DNA of 51,089 bases, taken from a virus. Lineage: Duplodnaviria > Caudoviricetes. Location: the IMG/VR virus record IMGVR_UViG_3300022879_000005, positions 1 through 51,089 of that record. One strand, given 5' to 3'. Below the pieces are notes generated by a model. It was not told where the DNA came from and ran no database searches. It worked only from the letters and a program-made list of their open reading frames with translations. Below, piece after piece: positions 49,668-51,089 of this stretch. The translations under genes were made by a program, and so were the position numbers. Positions within the stretch are counted from its first letter, which is position 1. Each line of letters opens with the position of its first letter.

Positions 49668-51002
49668 TTAAGCTCCGTAAATTTGCTTGGTGACAGTCAA
49701 TTGCAGGGCGATAAGCCCAGTGGCATTGGCGAACGCGGCACTTAGCAGGCCGTCGCGCGCCTCGGTCTGGAACTGCTCAGCTGCCGTCGTACGGACCTGG
49801 AGTTCTTCGATTTTGGTATTGGCGGTCGTCTGCTGGCGCGACTGCTCGTTCAGCCGGTCCTCACGCTGCAGGCCGCGCAGCTGCTCGGCGTGAATGGCCG
49901 TGACAATGGCGAGCGAGGCACTTAACTGGCCTTCGCGTGCCTCGCCCTGGAAGACTTCAACTGCCTTTGTTCTGGCCTTGAGTTCTCCAATTTGGTCTTT
50001 GGCATCCGCCTGCTGGCGCGACTGCTCATTCAACTGATCTTCACGCTGCAGGCCTCGCAGTTGCTCGGAATGCATAGCGCTGGCCAGCGACATGGCGCTC
50101 TCTCTGCTGCCATTGAGCGCCAGCTGCAGGCGGCGCACGGAAACCCAGCTGGTGCTGTCGGTTTCGGCGGAGGCGTTGATTTCGGCCTCGGTGGCCTCGG
50201 CACTGGCGAAGCCGGCGCCAGCGGTCAGCTGGAACTTGGACCCGTCGTGGTACACGTCGTACACGCCACCAGCCAGGATGCTGCCCGCAGTACACGGAAT
50301 GCCCCCGGTCTTGAGGACTTCAACCGCGCCGACGCCATTGATGTTGATGGTCACGGCGCCGGTGTTGGTGTACTTGGCCTTGAAGGTGAAGCGGTTACCC
50401 AGGGCGTACTGGGTCAGCTCCACGATCGCCGGCAGGGCCAGGGTGATAGCGTTGGCCGTGCCGGTGGTGGCGCCCCACAGGTGCCCCTGGTAGTCCGGGA
50501 ACCGGGCACGCAGGATGTATTGAGGGTGGGCGTTATAGGCGCCTTCGTGCGCGGCCAGAGCGGCCAGCGCCACGCTTTCGTTCGGATCGACCTTGAAGCT
50601 GATGCTGTTGGCCGGTACCGCCGAAAACTGCAGGTCGTTGAACAGCACATAGGCCACACCATCGGTCTTATAGGCCGCATTGGTGCCGTCAGCATTCGAC
50701 CAGATGAATACCAGGATATCGTTCGACCACCAGGCAATCTCGCCAATGCCCACATAGCCCACGTCTTCGCGCCAGGAGCTGACCATGCGGATTTGGTTGG
50801 GCGTAGGCCGGCTGGCGCCAGCCACGAGCACCTTGTTACCCACCGGCTGCTTGAGCGCCTTCTCGGCGCCTGTCGGGTTGTAGTGGGCCAGGCCGAACGA
50901 AACGTGGGTGATTTTGAGGTCAAGCCCGTTGTTGTCTGCGGCAAAGGCAGCTGCCTGCCCGGCCGTGGTCAACTTCGGGTTGATGATTACTGGATCTGCC
51001 AT
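49668..51002 (-). CDS. tail fibre protein with internally duplicated coiled-coil segment
   Basis: T.AG.AA...G..L.ITH..FG N-terminal anchor; H....AHPQY; 60-aa repeat. Confidence 0.8.
   Translation of the reverse strand: MADPVIINPKLTTAGQAAAFAADNNGLDLKITHVSFGLAHYNPTGAEKALKQPVGNKVLVAGASRPTPNQIRMVSSWREDVGYVGIGEIAWWSNDILVFIWSNADGTNAAYKTDGVAYVLFNDLQFSAVPANSISFKVDPNESVALAALAAHEGAYNAHPQYILRARFPDYQGHLWGATTGTANAITLALPAIVELTQYALGNRFTFKAKYTNTGAVTININGVGAVEVLKTGGIPCTAGSILAGGVYDVYHDGSKFQLTAGAGFASAEATEAEINASAETDSTSWVSVRRLQLALNGSRESAMSLASAMHSEQLRGLQREDQLNEQSRQQADAKDQIGELKARTKAVEVFQGEAREGQLSASLAIVTAIHAEQLRGLQREDRLNEQSRQQTTANTKIEELQVRTTAAEQFQTEARDGLLSAAFANATGLIALQLTVTKQIYGA
49830..50076. repeat. direct repeat, 180-bp period, within the tail fibre gene
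   Basis: CTGCTGGCGCGACTGCTC...TCACGCTGCAGGCC at 49830 and 50010. Confidence 0.85.
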
Positions 51003-51029
51003 AGAGCCCCCTGGCAACTATTTGGCAGA

Positions 51030-51071
51030 ATTTTAAGGGGGCGTCAGAAGGTCAAATTAGGTGACTTTGCG
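51030..51071 (-). promoter_or_regulatory. late promoter 8 (CGCAAAG-N29-TAAAAT)
   Basis: Fixed spacing. Confidence 0.75.
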
Positions 51072-51089
51072 CGTCTGAGCCGGCGGCGT

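Larger units (their letters stand above)
1..51089. mobile_element. P1-like temperate myophage / phage-plasmid (partial; both ends outside the window)
   Basis: P1 gp23-like capsid, sheath, tube, Hdf, DarA/DdrB and Ref homologues, ParA plus RHH partition pair, replication initiator and integrase. No host housekeeping operons seen. Confidence 0.9.

Noticed and set aside
49830-50076. Tail-fibre repeat read as a DGR template/variable repeat or invertible segment
   Set aside because: Both copies are in frame in one gene, mismatches are not adenine-specific, and no reverse transcriptase or invertase is in the window.
1-51089. tRNA/rRNA genes, terminase, portal, prohead protease, tape measure, plasmid RepA
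   Set aside because: None recognised in this window; the phage genes presumably lie elsewhere in the element.

Overview
About 51 kb from a P1-like (Punavirus-related) temperate myophage, probably a phage-plasmid. The host is most likely Pseudomonas, judging from the Ssb and RdgC sequences and the GC-rich composition. The left third is an early/accessory arm: many small genes, a GNAT, ASCH-fold proteins, DUF1643, a Ref-like HNH nuclease, a replication initiator with internal iterons, an HTH regulator, ssb, rdgC and a methyltransferase, followed by a P4-type tyrosine integrase. The rest is mainly on the minus strand: lysis genes, tail chaperone/tube/sheath, prohead core, a P1 gp23-like capsid, a ParA/RHH partition locus, baseplate and tail fibres. 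It also holds a large set of probable virion-packaged proteins: LPD3-methyltransferase, LPD1 zincin, an InPase-DarA-DdrB fusion and Hdf. The main hidden structure is: (1) a promoter-driven, twin-hairpin antisense RNA inside the linker right after the LPD3 domain, bracketed by two MLDS motifs; (2) a recurring M-[LM]-D-[SA] motif in head and cargo proteins, a candidate Asp-specific maturation site; (3) a duplicated N-terminal leader shared by two cargo proteins; (4) eight late promoters with the fixed layout CG[CG]AAA[CG]-N29-NANNNT; (5) two operator families at early promoters; (6) a probable +1 frameshift in the tail chaperone. Family assignments come from recalled motifs, not database searches.
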